Assembly: GCA_024277115.1 (NCBI GenBank)
Contig: JAJRVW010000222.1
Coordinates: forward strand, 27,738 to 91,737
Length of the DNA: 64,000 nucleotides
Direction of reading: 5' to 3'
From: Calditrichota bacterium
GTDB taxonomy: Bacteria; Calditrichota; Calditrichia; Calditrichales; J004
Shown here: in pieces, positions 9,891 through 19,274 of the stretch
Position numbering within the stretch: the stretch's first letter is position 1
Layout of the letters: the number at the start of each line of letters is the position of its first letter
Notes under the pieces: generated by a model
Told to the model about the DNA's origin: nothing
The model's database searches: none
The model's input: only the letters and a program-made list of their open reading frames with translations
Translations under genes and position numbers: made by a program

Positions 9891-10562
9891 ATGAATCCAT
9901 TTTATCAACAAACTAAAACCTTCCAGTGGATATTTTCACTACTACTGCTCATTCCATTATTTGCCCTTATTGGCCTATGGTACAATCTGCTCTCGCAAAA
10001 TCTTTTATATTTTTTCTTAATTTTTCTATTAGGCCCAATCTTCCAATTTTGTTTTACGCCGTTTTTTAGATTAATCGGCATGTATAAATACTTGTCACCG
10101 ATGCTTCTTGTTAACAATCCCTCAAATGCAAAATATGATTTACACATGGGCACCTCATTTGATTATCTTTTTGTTCTCAGGAAAAGCCGCCCCGGTATTG
10201 AAATACGTAATAAAATATTAGCTTACTTTCTCGAGGGTTTGCTAAAAATTATAGATGAGATTGAACGAGGGTTGATCCCGGAAAATATCGAAATAAGCGG
10301 CAGTTCATATTTTTTTAGTACAAAAACAGCAAAACGTATCGGATTCGAAATTGGAAAAACCGACCTGGCTGTAAAAACAAATATTGTTATAAACTACCCT
10401 GACCTGCTGTGGATGTATTCGTTGGCCAACGGGAAAATAAAACTACCCAAACTAAGCCAGGTAAAAACGGCACGTATTAGCGGAAAAACACTCAAGGAGA
10501 ATAAAACCGTTCTTCGAAAGCTCTATCAGTATATCACAAAAAAAAGGATTCATAATGGATAG
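9891..10562 (+). CDS. Hypothetical membrane protein
   Basis: Long ORF with two N-terminal hydrophobic helices and no recognised motif. It overlaps the next ORF by 8 nt (ATGGATAG). TAG stop. Confidence 0.5.
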   Translation: MNPFYQQTKTFQWIFSLLLLIPLFALIGLWYNLLSQNLLYFFLIFLLGPIFQFCFTPFFRLIGMYKYLSPMLLVNNPSNAKYDLHMGTSFDYLFVLRKSRPGIEIRNKILAYFLEGLLKIIDEIERGLIPENIEISGSSYFFSTKTAKRIGFEIGKTDLAVKTNIVINYPDLLWMYSLANGKIKLPKLSQVKTARISGKTLKENKTVLRKLYQYITKKRIHNG

Positions 10563-10911
10563 CCCGATATTTTTTTATCTTGGATTTTCTTTTATCCTGA
10601 TGCACGAAATGGATGCGATACGTTGCCATGAGTGGCGTTTATTTCCGGGTTTGGGCTCGCTTAATGACAAATCCGGTTTTATGGTTTTCACCCTGGCGCA
10701 CATTCCGCTTTTCTATTTTCTTTTGGCGGGACTATTAGGACAACAGGACAACACCGGGCTTATCTTCGGCCTGAATGTTTTTTTTATTGCTCACTTTGTT
10801 ATGCACTTACTTTTTTTAAAGCACAAAAAAAATGAATTTAAAGATTGGCTTTCCTGGACTTTAATTGCAGGCGCTGCCTTCTTTGGTTTATTGGACATTT
10901 TAATATCCTAA
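10555..10911 (+). CDS. Hypothetical small membrane protein
   Basis: 118 aa with about 4 hydrophobic helices, apparently translationally coupled to the upstream ORF. Confidence 0.5.
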   Translation: MDSPIFFYLGFSFILMHEMDAIRCHEWRLFPGLGSLNDKSGFMVFTLAHIPLFYFLLAGLLGQQDNTGLIFGLNVFFIAHFVMHLLFLKHKKNEFKDWLSWTLIAGAAFFGLLDILIS

Positions 10912-10923
10912 TTAAAAGATAAG

Positions 10924-12020
10924 TTATTTTATAACCGAAATATATTTATAGCCGCCATTATGCCCATAAAAAAACTGTTTCTTTTCAGCATTAAACCATA
11001 AAGCAGGCCGTATTACCCAATCCGCCTCAAAAGAAATCCGTGCAATCTCTTTGGCCTGCATATCCAGGCTTATTAATGTATTGTTAACAAATTGCCACGG
11101 GCTAAAACTATCTTTTTTATTTAGCATTGTTTCCGCTGTTTGTAGCATTAATATCCCATTATCGGAAAATGCCTCGGCCACGATAATCCGTTCTTCATCG
11201 GCTAAATTAAAAACACCTGCCTTTTTATTTGATTTTAAGTCTACCAATTCCAGGTTACTTTTATCAATAAAAACAACCCGGCTACTTTGCGGGTTGAAAA
11301 CCAAACGACGCGAACGCATTGCAGATTCGAATAATTGTTCCCCTTTTTCATCCAAAACGATTGTCTTAAAACGGATTGGATCGCCCTGTTTATAGAGTGA
11401 TGCCGCAAAATATTTCTTATCGGGAGAAAGGGCAACGGCACGGATTTGCCATCCATCATAAAAGTTGTCAAAAACGATTTTATTTTGCAGCGTCCTTAAA
11501 ACAAGGTGTATACCTTGCGCAGAATAAACGCCGGTAAACAGCAGTTCAAAATCCTCTGAAACGGCGCCATAAAAGACCTGCTCTGCGTTATATTTTTCAT
11601 TTTTCAATAAACTAAAACGTCTTAGTTCCTTACCTTGTCCATCATAAACCTGAACATGATTGCCCCCATTTACGGCAACAACTTTGGTACCATTTCAGCC
11701 ACAAAAAAATCCGGGAAGCGTTCATCATAATCCCATTTTATTTTAGTTTGGGCAATTTTTACTTTTTCTTTGGAATACCAATCTATTTTAATATTCGGAT
11801 TGGCTTCTTTTTTCAACTGATAGATTAAACCATACGCATCACTTTGCACATAAAGTACATTTAAAATATTATCCTGTTGGATATCTTGCGAGGTTAAGGC
11901 CTTTCCGCTATTGGTCCAAGCCAAAACATTTACTTTTGTTTTTTCTGCATGTTCGATCGAAACCTTCTCCGAACAACCCAAAAACAAAATTGATTGCACC
12001 AAGAAAATTTTAATTTTCAT
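10924..12020 (-). pseudogene. Putative lipoprotein, reading frame broken by a 1-nt frameshift near 11673..11695
   Basis: ORF 11670..12020 starts with a lipoprotein-like signal (MKIKIFLVQSILFLGCSE). The frame of ORF 10924..11607 is open and coding-like upstream of its TTG (NGTKVVAVNGGNHVQVYDGQGKELRRFSLL). One extra A in either short A-run (gctgAAAtgg or accAAAgtt) would fuse the two ORFs. Confidence 0.55.
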
Positions 12021-12034
12021 AACATTCCGCCTTT

Positions 12035-12070
12035 CCGGGTAGAGACGCGATTAATCGCGTCTCTACCCGG
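12035..12070. repeat. Perfect 36-bp GC-rich palindrome (possible terminator hairpin without U-tract)
   Basis: ccgggtagagacgcgattaatcgcgtctctacccgg equals its own reverse complement. It lies between the stop of 12176..14551 and the start of the lipoprotein gene. Confidence 0.6.
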
Positions 12071-12175
12071 CCGATTTGTCGCGCACCCACCACAATCCGG
12101 CTGATTAATTGTGCTCCAAAATTCAATCATTAAATCACACCCCTTAAAATAATCCCCAAAATGTTTCTTACATTT

Positions 12176-14551
12176 TTAAAACCAGCGCAAGGTACTCACC
12201 CCTAAATATGTTCCCGGCCGATCCAAGCGCCAGGCTACATCCACCCGAAAAAAGCTAAGCAGCCCATTTAAAGAAACGCCTACTTCGTTATGAACCCTGT
12301 TTATATTATTATTGATATAATTCAATTTAGATTTATTTGCGGCTGAAAGCCAACTTTGACCGTGACCGCCAAAAACAATTATCCCAATATTTTTCTCCGC
12401 AAACCAGCGCCAGCCAAGAAGCTCAAAAGGCACACTGCGGAAATTATGTTCCCAAAACAGTGACCAATATTTTTCACCAATATAAGGCAGTCCTCGATTT
12501 GTTTTAAATGTACCAAAAGGCGTGAACCCTTTAAACAAGGAAGCATCCAATACTCCAAGTTTTTGGACTGGCAAATCGCCATTGACAAACCCGGCGCTAA
12601 AAAACAGATCAAGCGTATTGGGCATAAACCGGCGCTGTAAAAAGGTGCGGAAATTCCAGTTCACATTCAATTTATATTGTGTAAAAGAAAAATCGCTGGC
12701 CATAATTTGGGGATTGCTATGTTCGATTGAAAGATCGACCCGTTTTTGCCCTGCAACGCCAAATGGGACAAAACGGTTGCCCCAATGTATTTTTAAACCA
12801 AGGGAGCGCAGGTTTCCTGCATCGATATTAGGATTGGGACGTTGGCTAATATCACGCCCAAAAAGATTATAATTTGAAATTTGCGATGGTAAAGATTCAT
12901 GCTTTTCAATATTGAGCAAACCGGTAAACCGGGTATTAAATTTCCAAATTTTATGACTAAGCTTAAATGTAGCCGCCTGTTTCCAATAATAATCAAAATA
13001 GTCCTGTGCGCCTAACAGGGTTCCTACCGATGTAATCACAGGATGATAATTCTCCGATTCATAATTCATGCCGGAGCCTAAAAAATAATCAGCCTCAAAA
13101 ACAACCGGCTTTTTTTGGCCAAAAGTATACTCTAAACCGTAATTATAGCCCCAGCGTTTAATACCGGTCTTAAAAGCCAGTCCTACCTTCACCTTAAGTT
13201 TTTTGCCAATATACCCTTTATATTTAAATCCAAGATGCCCTTCTTCTACGCGGTTATAGGCCAGATCAGGCGAAAACCCCTTAAAGATTTTTGCGCCGAC
13301 ACCAATGGTATTATTATTATCTTCCTCTTCATCATCTTCAATAAGCATATCAGCCAACAAACCTTTTGGCCGGAACGCTTTTTTAAAACTATCCGTGCTA
13401 TCGATTGTGATATAGGCGGCCTCTTCCTCTTTGGTCAAAGGGATAATCTCCCTGCGCCGTGTAAAAGATGAATCCAATGCGACTGCGGCCGTATCAACAC
13501 GCACGACCCGATCATCTTTGTATAGCGAATCCGGTAAATCCACATTTACATGATAATCCGTTAAGCGCACTGAATTGCTGTATTTTATACGTGGGAAATC
13601 CATGCCCGGGAAACTGATTTTAATCTCACCAATGGCGCGCATATCAACAGGCAACCAAAATTTGCGCCCAAAATTACGGAACTGTTGCTTATAGGCCACA
13701 TTCCACTCATCAATGGGCATGGGGAAAAAGATATTCTCCGGATTGGGTTTTACGTCGATGGCCAACATGGCAAACTCTTTATTTAAAATAGAAACCGTTC
13801 CTATAAATGTTGGGTTCAAAAGCGCAGTGGGAACAAGTTCAATTACGAAAACCGTGTCCTTATCAAAAGCTTCCAGGCGCAGTAGTTTAAACTCATAAAA
13901 CTCAAATGCATCCGGGTGCGTAGGGCCAACTACACGATAATTCATAATTTTTATTTCATCATCATAAAAGTTTTCCACGTTGACGCTAAATGCAAAATTC
14001 CTGGATTTTTTAAGGTTTTTGGTTTCCCGCTGGGAGATTACCACCTCGCGCGCGCCACGTTCTTTATCCCAAAATAAATCGGAGATGCTTTCAGCAACGG
14101 ATACGATTGAGGAATCATTGGCAAGGACAACGCGGGTGTATGCTTCGGCCTTAAATGTTTTAAGTTTCGCCAGCCATTTTTGCTTATTTTTAATCACCTT
14201 GCGCATAATATTCATGGCAGGGTTTTCTGCGGTGACCACAATTGTCTCGGTCTCCAACAAAATCGGTTTTAACAATATTGAAACAGGTTTTTCCGGTGGA
14301 TGGTTAAAAGTCACATTTTTTATCGCATAACCGATATAACTTACCGCAATGTCTACGGGGAATTTTTCCACTTTTAAGATAAATTCACCGTAAACATTCG
14401 TGACCGTACCATGATAGGTCCCTACAATTTGGAGATTAGCGGCGCTTAACGGTTCGCCCGTTTTCTCATCAGCAATAAACCCTTTTATGCTTTTAGATTG
14501 GCCAAAAAGGTTTAAAGTGAAAACAATAAAAAGTAAAATATATTTTATCAC
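12176..14551 (-). CDS. CarboxypepD_reg-like domain plus DUF5686-like outer-membrane beta-barrel protein
   Basis: Signal peptide, then IKGFIADEKTGEPLSAANLQIVGTYHGTVTNVYGEFIL (carboxypeptidase regulatory-like fold). A long beta-rich C-terminus ends in aromatic residues (...TLRWF). Confidence 0.75.
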   Translation of the reverse strand: MIKYILLFIVFTLNLFGQSKSIKGFIADEKTGEPLSAANLQIVGTYHGTVTNVYGEFILKVEKFPVDIAVSYIGYAIKNVTFNHPPEKPVSILLKPILLETETIVVTAENPAMNIMRKVIKNKQKWLAKLKTFKAEAYTRVVLANDSSIVSVAESISDLFWDKERGAREVVISQRETKNLKKSRNFAFSVNVENFYDDEIKIMNYRVVGPTHPDAFEFYEFKLLRLEAFDKDTVFVIELVPTALLNPTFIGTVSILNKEFAMLAIDVKPNPENIFFPMPIDEWNVAYKQQFRNFGRKFWLPVDMRAIGEIKISFPGMDFPRIKYSNSVRLTDYHVNVDLPDSLYKDDRVVRVDTAAVALDSSFTRRREIIPLTKEEEAAYITIDSTDSFKKAFRPKGLLADMLIEDDEEEDNNNTIGVGAKIFKGFSPDLAYNRVEEGHLGFKYKGYIGKKLKVKVGLAFKTGIKRWGYNYGLEYTFGQKKPVVFEADYFLGSGMNYESENYHPVITSVGTLLGAQDYFDYYWKQAATFKLSHKIWKFNTRFTGLLNIEKHESLPSQISNYNLFGRDISQRPNPNIDAGNLRSLGLKIHWGNRFVPFGVAGQKRVDLSIEHSNPQIMASDFSFTQYKLNVNWNFRTFLQRRFMPNTLDLFFSAGFVNGDLPVQKLGVLDASLFKGFTPFGTFKTNRGLPYIGEKYWSLFWEHNFRSVPFELLGWRWFAEKNIGIIVFGGHGQSWLSAANKSKLNYINNNINRVHNEVGVSLNGLLSFFRVDVAWRLDRPGTYLGVSTLRWF

Positions 14552-14716
14552 TTTTACTCCTACAATAATACCTTGATTTTTTTGGGAATACCGGATTCGG
14601 TTTACGAGTTAAAAACTTTTGGTTTAGGTTTATTAATTCTTCGACCCTTTACATTTCAATAAAACAAACTGATAAAACACTTTTAATAGATTTGGATATT
14701 TTAAGTTAAGGTAAAA

Positions 14717-15409
14717 ATGAAAAGAATACTAACTATATCAACGGTATTAATTTGCCTCTTTTTAAGTGATCCCGCTGTGGCCCAAACGCAGACAACAAGC
14801 GTTTATGGACGCATCTTTATGCCGGCAGTCAAAAAGAAAACCCGGTCGTTTCGCGGACGTGTATACCGTAACCGCCTCTCGTCCCGTAAAAAAAGACAAA
14901 AAAACTTTACCAAACAGCGCACCAGTTTTCAGGATGTAATTATTGCGGCCTATCCTCTTTCGTTTAAAGCCAAAACAAAGCCATTGGCCAAAGCGCGTAT
15001 CCTGCAAAAAAATGCCGAATTCCGTCCACATGTATTGGCCATAACGCCCGGTACCCGCGTTGATTTTATTAACCTCGATCGGTTTTTCCATAATGTTTTC
15101 AGCTATACGCCGGGCGCAAAGTTTAATATTGGCAGACGACGCACCAATGCTGTTGTTTCGCGCACAATTAATAAAACCGGGCAAATTAAACTTTTTTGTG
15201 ATATTCACTCCCAAATGAACGCCACAATCGTCAGTTTAAAAACACCCTATTTTACACAGGCCGGAAAATCCGGTGTTTATTTATTAAAAAATCTGCCTTC
15301 GGGAAAATACCGAATTGAAGTTATTCATCCGGATTTTCCAAAAACAATAACTATTATCACTGTAAAGAAAAATGAAAAACAAGAACAGAGTTTTACATTG
15401 AGCAAGTAA
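14717..15409 (+). CDS. Secreted cupredoxin-like protein with C-terminal carboxypeptidase-regulatory-like domain
   Basis: Signal peptide. Candidate type-1 Cu ligand pattern FHNVF ... FCDIHSQM (His, Cys-x2-His-x2-Met). C-terminus GVYLLKNLPSGKYRIEVIHPDF. Confidence 0.55.
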   Translation: MKRILTISTVLICLFLSDPAVAQTQTTSVYGRIFMPAVKKKTRSFRGRVYRNRLSSRKKRQKNFTKQRTSFQDVIIAAYPLSFKAKTKPLAKARILQKNAEFRPHVLAITPGTRVDFINLDRFFHNVFSYTPGAKFNIGRRRTNAVVSRTINKTGQIKLFCDIHSQMNATIVSLKTPYFTQAGKSGVYLLKNLPSGKYRIEVIHPDFPKTITIITVKKNEKQEQSFTLSK

Positions 15410-15603
15410 ATATCTTGAAGAAAGAGACAGTTCTCTAATCTTGTATTAATCAGGGTATGCTTAAACCTTAATCATGATCTAATCCTTAGTTTTCTCTTTT
15501 TTCTATGAAAATTGAGAGCGAGTAAGAGCATGAGATAGATAATGCGTACTGAAATAAGGGCAATGCCAAAAAATTATGGAGCACATTTAAACGTTGGAAA
15601 AAA

Positions 15604-17280
15604 ATGAAATTAAACATACAAACTAAATTATTTATTACACTTGCAGGATTGACCATAATCATCCTTGGCGGCGTGCTTTTTTTAGTTACAAACACACTTA
15701 CCAAAAAGATTGAAGAAAAGGTGATAAGTGATTTTAACAATACGCAGGGCGTTTTTAAAAAGACACAATCCCTTGTCTACGAACGACTGGACGAATCCAG
15801 CTACCTGATTGGAGAGAACTCCACATTCAAAGCCAATGTAGGCCTAAACGATGCGGCCTCGGTTTATTTTAGCGTGGAAGAATTTGCCCAGTTTGCCATG
15901 GTCGACCTGTTTATTGTTACCGATCCCGATGGAAAAGTTTTGGCGCGTTTAGACGAACCGAAAAATTACGGTGACGACCTCTCAAATAAATCGACCGTTT
16001 ACAAAGCCATAAACGGTATTGAGGATTCCATTTTAACAACAGAATTATGGGGACTTGGCGCCGACATTTTTCAGATTGTTTCCAAGCCAATTTACGCGAG
16101 TGAATCCATAATTGGCACCATCACCCTTGGCACACTTTTTTCGGATGTGGAGGCCAAACAGCTCAAAGGCGAGTCTAATATTGATATAAGTATTTTTTAT
16201 AACGATCAACTCGTCGGCAGCTCGTTTGAGAACCCGCGCCGTTCGGGGATTCAGCGCCTGGTGCGTAAAAACAAGGCTGCCATTGATACGGTCATCGAGT
16301 TTTCCACACCCACGCCGGCTTTTATTGATACGCTAAAAGGGATCGAGCAATTTGTTTTTATCAGCCCGTTGGGCGTGGGCGAACGGGCATATTATGTGGC
16401 AACAATCCCAACATCGGCCGAGCTTTCCATTATAAAAAGCATACAAAAAAATATATTTATAACCGCCGCCATTTTTTTACTCATTACATTGATTTTTGCT
16501 TTCTTTCTCGGGAAAAATTTTTCGCGGCCCATTTTAAAACTGGCTGATGGAATGGACAAGGTCAAGGCCGGTAATTTGGATATCTCTGTCGCCCCATCTA
16601 CAAAAGACGAAATTGGCAGGCTTACCCAAACCTTTAATGAAATGGTCAACGGGCTGCGCGAACGGCTGCACCTGACAAAATATGTGGGCAGTCACACACT
16701 GGAAATGGTACAACAATCGTCCGGCAGCGATGTTGCCCTCGGCGGGACACGGCAAAACCTGACTGTCCTCTTCTCCGATATCCGTGGCTTTACGGCCTTT
16801 AGCGAAAACCGTGATCCCGAAGATGTGATCAACATGCTTAATCGCTATTTGGGCTTTCAGGCAGAGATCGTCGCAAAATTTGACGGCTCGGTTGATAAAT
16901 ATGTGGGCGATGAAATGTTTGCCCTTTTTACCGGAGAAAATTCCACGGAACGGGCGTTAAATTGCGCCATAGAAATCCAGAAACGGGTTATCGAGGAACA
17001 CAAAACCGATCCCGTCCCTATTTATATTGGGATCGGGATAAATTATGGGCCGGTAATTTTAGGCAACATGGGCGCCATGGACCGCATGGATTACACAGCT
17101 TTGGGTTCAACAGTCAATTTGGGCGCGCGCCTTTGTAGTAGCGCCAAGCCCGGGAAAATATTAATCCGCAAAGATTTACTGGATCAACAAACCATAAACG
17201 TAAAAAGAGGGGATTTACTCTTGATGGCTTTTAAAGGGATCACCCAAAAATTAAAAATTGTGGAGGTATTAAGTGCATAA
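15604..17280 (+). CDS. Class III adenylate/guanylate cyclase with periplasmic sensor and HAMP domains
   Basis: Two TM segments flank a ~270-aa sensor region. HAMP (ILKLADGMDKVKAGNLD...EIGRLTQTFNEMV). Cyclase core LTVLFSDIRGFTAFSE, KYVGDEMFALF, GPVILGNMG. Confidence 0.85.
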   Translation: MKLNIQTKLFITLAGLTIIILGGVLFLVTNTLTKKIEEKVISDFNNTQGVFKKTQSLVYERLDESSYLIGENSTFKANVGLNDAASVYFSVEEFAQFAMVDLFIVTDPDGKVLARLDEPKNYGDDLSNKSTVYKAINGIEDSILTTELWGLGADIFQIVSKPIYASESIIGTITLGTLFSDVEAKQLKGESNIDISIFYNDQLVGSSFENPRRSGIQRLVRKNKAAIDTVIEFSTPTPAFIDTLKGIEQFVFISPLGVGERAYYVATIPTSAELSIIKSIQKNIFITAAIFLLITLIFAFFLGKNFSRPILKLADGMDKVKAGNLDISVAPSTKDEIGRLTQTFNEMVNGLRERLHLTKYVGSHTLEMVQQSSGSDVALGGTRQNLTVLFSDIRGFTAFSENRDPEDVINMLNRYLGFQAEIVAKFDGSVDKYVGDEMFALFTGENSTERALNCAIEIQKRVIEEHKTDPVPIYIGIGINYGPVILGNMGAMDRMDYTALGSTVNLGARLCSSAKPGKILIRKDLLDQQTINVKRGDLLLMAFKGITQKLKIVEVLSA

Positions 17281-17461
17281 ACTTTTTGCCATTATAAAAA
17301 AACACAAAAATCATCCTAAACTTAATTCAGGAACAGGCCAACGGGTTTGTCATCCCCGATTTGAATATCGGGATTTTCAACCTGAACTTGTTTCAGGATC
17401 CCACCTAAAATTTAGAGTCCAAAACAAGTCCGGTTACACATCCCGGTTCTTTTATCAAGGA

Positions 17462-18667
17462 ATGACAGGCGCCTTTATCCTTTTTTGGATAATCGTATTC
17501 ACAACGCCAGCGATTTCGCAAATAGAGATAAACGGCAGCATTGATTTTGAAACATCCTATGGCGGCAAGGAATCTTCATTTGTTACAAATGAAATTGTCG
17601 AAGAATTTCGTCGTCCGCATATTGGCATTAACCAGTTTAACCTTTTTCTATTTGCCGGGATCGATGAAAACTTTTTCTTTAATGGCCGTTTGCAATGGGA
17701 TACCTGGGGCACAGGAAAATTAAACCCACTGCGCATCACACTTGCCGCCCTCTCCTGGGAGCCGGAAGATACGCCAATTAATTTTACCCTGGGACGTTTT
17801 GTAAGCCCTTTTGGGCTTTACCCACGCAGGCAGCTTGCCAGCGAGAACCTGTTTGTAAACGCCCCGCTTGCCTATGGCTATTTTATAAACATTTCCGATA
17901 AGCGCGGCTATTGGCCCAAGGCGGGCAAAGAAGGCAGTTATGGCAGTAGTGATGTGGGGCTGACCACCATCTATTTTGGCGGTTACAACACCGGGTTTAT
18001 GGCCAATTGGGTCATCGTCCCGGAATTGCTTGACCTGTCCCTTACCGTTACAAATGCCGCACCTGCCTCGCAACAAAATTTTACAAACCTGCAAAACTAT
18101 GCCATTGTTGGGCGCATGGGTTTTCAACCGGTCATCTTTTGGCAGCAGGGCATTTCGTTTAGCCACGGAAGTTTTATGCAACGCGCATCGGAAAACCTCC
18201 TTTTTGATCGATTGGAGAAGTTCCGCCAAACACTAATTGGTACGGATTTTATTGCGGCTTATGCCTATTTTGAACTCTCCGGCGAGTTTATTTACAGCAT
18301 GTGGAAAGTGCCCGCTTCCGATGCACGGGGATTTCAGGTGAACACAAAAGGTGATTTGCAAACTTATGATTTAACAAACTACAGCGCTTATATCGATTTA
18401 AAATTTGAACCACCCTTTTTAACAGGCAGTTACATCGCCGCGCGTTACGAAAAAATGATTTTTAATGATTTTACAAATCCGGTTGGAAGTACGATTTCCC
18501 GCACAAACCCTTGGGATAATAACCTGGTGCGTTACTCCGCTGCTTTCGGATATAAACTATCGCGCAATGTGCTTTTTAAATTGGCCTTTAGCGAGCAAAC
18601 TTTTGATGACAGCGCCCTTAAAAAAGAGGATTTTACTTTTCGTTCCATTTTAACGGTAAGCATGTAG
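17462..18667 (+). CDS. Putative outer-membrane beta-barrel (porin-like) protein
   Basis: The internal ATG at 17462 gives a signal peptide MTGAFILFWIIVFTTPAISQ. The sequence is beta-rich with alternating aromatics. The listed start at 17273 would overlap the cyclase stop and adds non-protein-like sequence. TAG stop. Confidence 0.5.
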   Translation: MTGAFILFWIIVFTTPAISQIEINGSIDFETSYGGKESSFVTNEIVEEFRRPHIGINQFNLFLFAGIDENFFFNGRLQWDTWGTGKLNPLRITLAALSWEPEDTPINFTLGRFVSPFGLYPRRQLASENLFVNAPLAYGYFINISDKRGYWPKAGKEGSYGSSDVGLTTIYFGGYNTGFMANWVIVPELLDLSLTVTNAAPASQQNFTNLQNYAIVGRMGFQPVIFWQQGISFSHGSFMQRASENLLFDRLEKFRQTLIGTDFIAAYAYFELSGEFIYSMWKVPASDARGFQVNTKGDLQTYDLTNYSAYIDLKFEPPFLTGSYIAARYEKMIFNDFTNPVGSTISRTNPWDNNLVRYSAAFGYKLSRNVLFKLAFSEQTFDDSALKKEDFTFRSILTVSM

Positions 18668-18681
18668 ATATAAGGAAAAAA

Positions 18682-19272
18682 ATGAATAGACGCGCTTTTC
18701 TAAAAAAATCGGCCATCACGGCCATACCTGTTATTGCCGGAAGTTTAAATACAAGTTGCGAAACGGTAAACAGTGTAAACGGTGATGAAAAGTGGATCGC
18801 TGATTTTGAAATTATGACCCAGGCCGCTCAGGCAGAGGCAAAAACAATCCGAACCTACCAGGAGGCGATTGCCACTGTTTTTGAAAGCGACCCGGCCACA
18901 CCCGATGCCGTAAAACAAACCGCCCTGCTTTATTCCAATCATCATGCGGAGCACCTGGACCTTTTTAATAAAAATTTTGCAGAGAAAAATGGTTTTCCTC
19001 AAGTTCTGGTGAGCGATGCCCAACCGGATGACCGGCTTACCGGGAAATCGGGATTTATGGAAGTCGTCGCACTCGCTTTAGAAATGGAGTTTGAAGCGGC
19101 ACAGTTCTATTTTTCACGGATGAGCGACCAGCTTACAACGCAAACCGTACGCCGGTTATTTGCCGATGTATTCCCAATGGAAGTTGGCCACATGATTGGT
19201 TTAAAGAATACTTTGGGGCAATCACCTGCCCAAGATGCAGGACTGTTTACAAATTTTAGCATTGGGTTATAA
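18682..19272 (+). CDS. Ferritin-like domain protein with twin-arginine signal
   Basis: MNRRAFLKKSAITAIPVIAG (Tat-type RRxFLK). Helical region with E/H-rich motifs (HHAEHLD, EMEFEAAQFY, EVGHM) typical of ferritin-like/DUF4439 proteins. Confidence 0.65.
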   Translation: MNRRAFLKKSAITAIPVIAGSLNTSCETVNSVNGDEKWIADFEIMTQAAQAEAKTIRTYQEAIATVFESDPATPDAVKQTALLYSNHHAEHLDLFNKNFAEKNGFPQVLVSDAQPDDRLTGKSGFMEVVALALEMEFEAAQFYFSRMSDQLTTQTVRRLFADVFPMEVGHMIGLKNTLGQSPAQDAGLFTNFSIGL

Positions 19273-19274
19273 AC

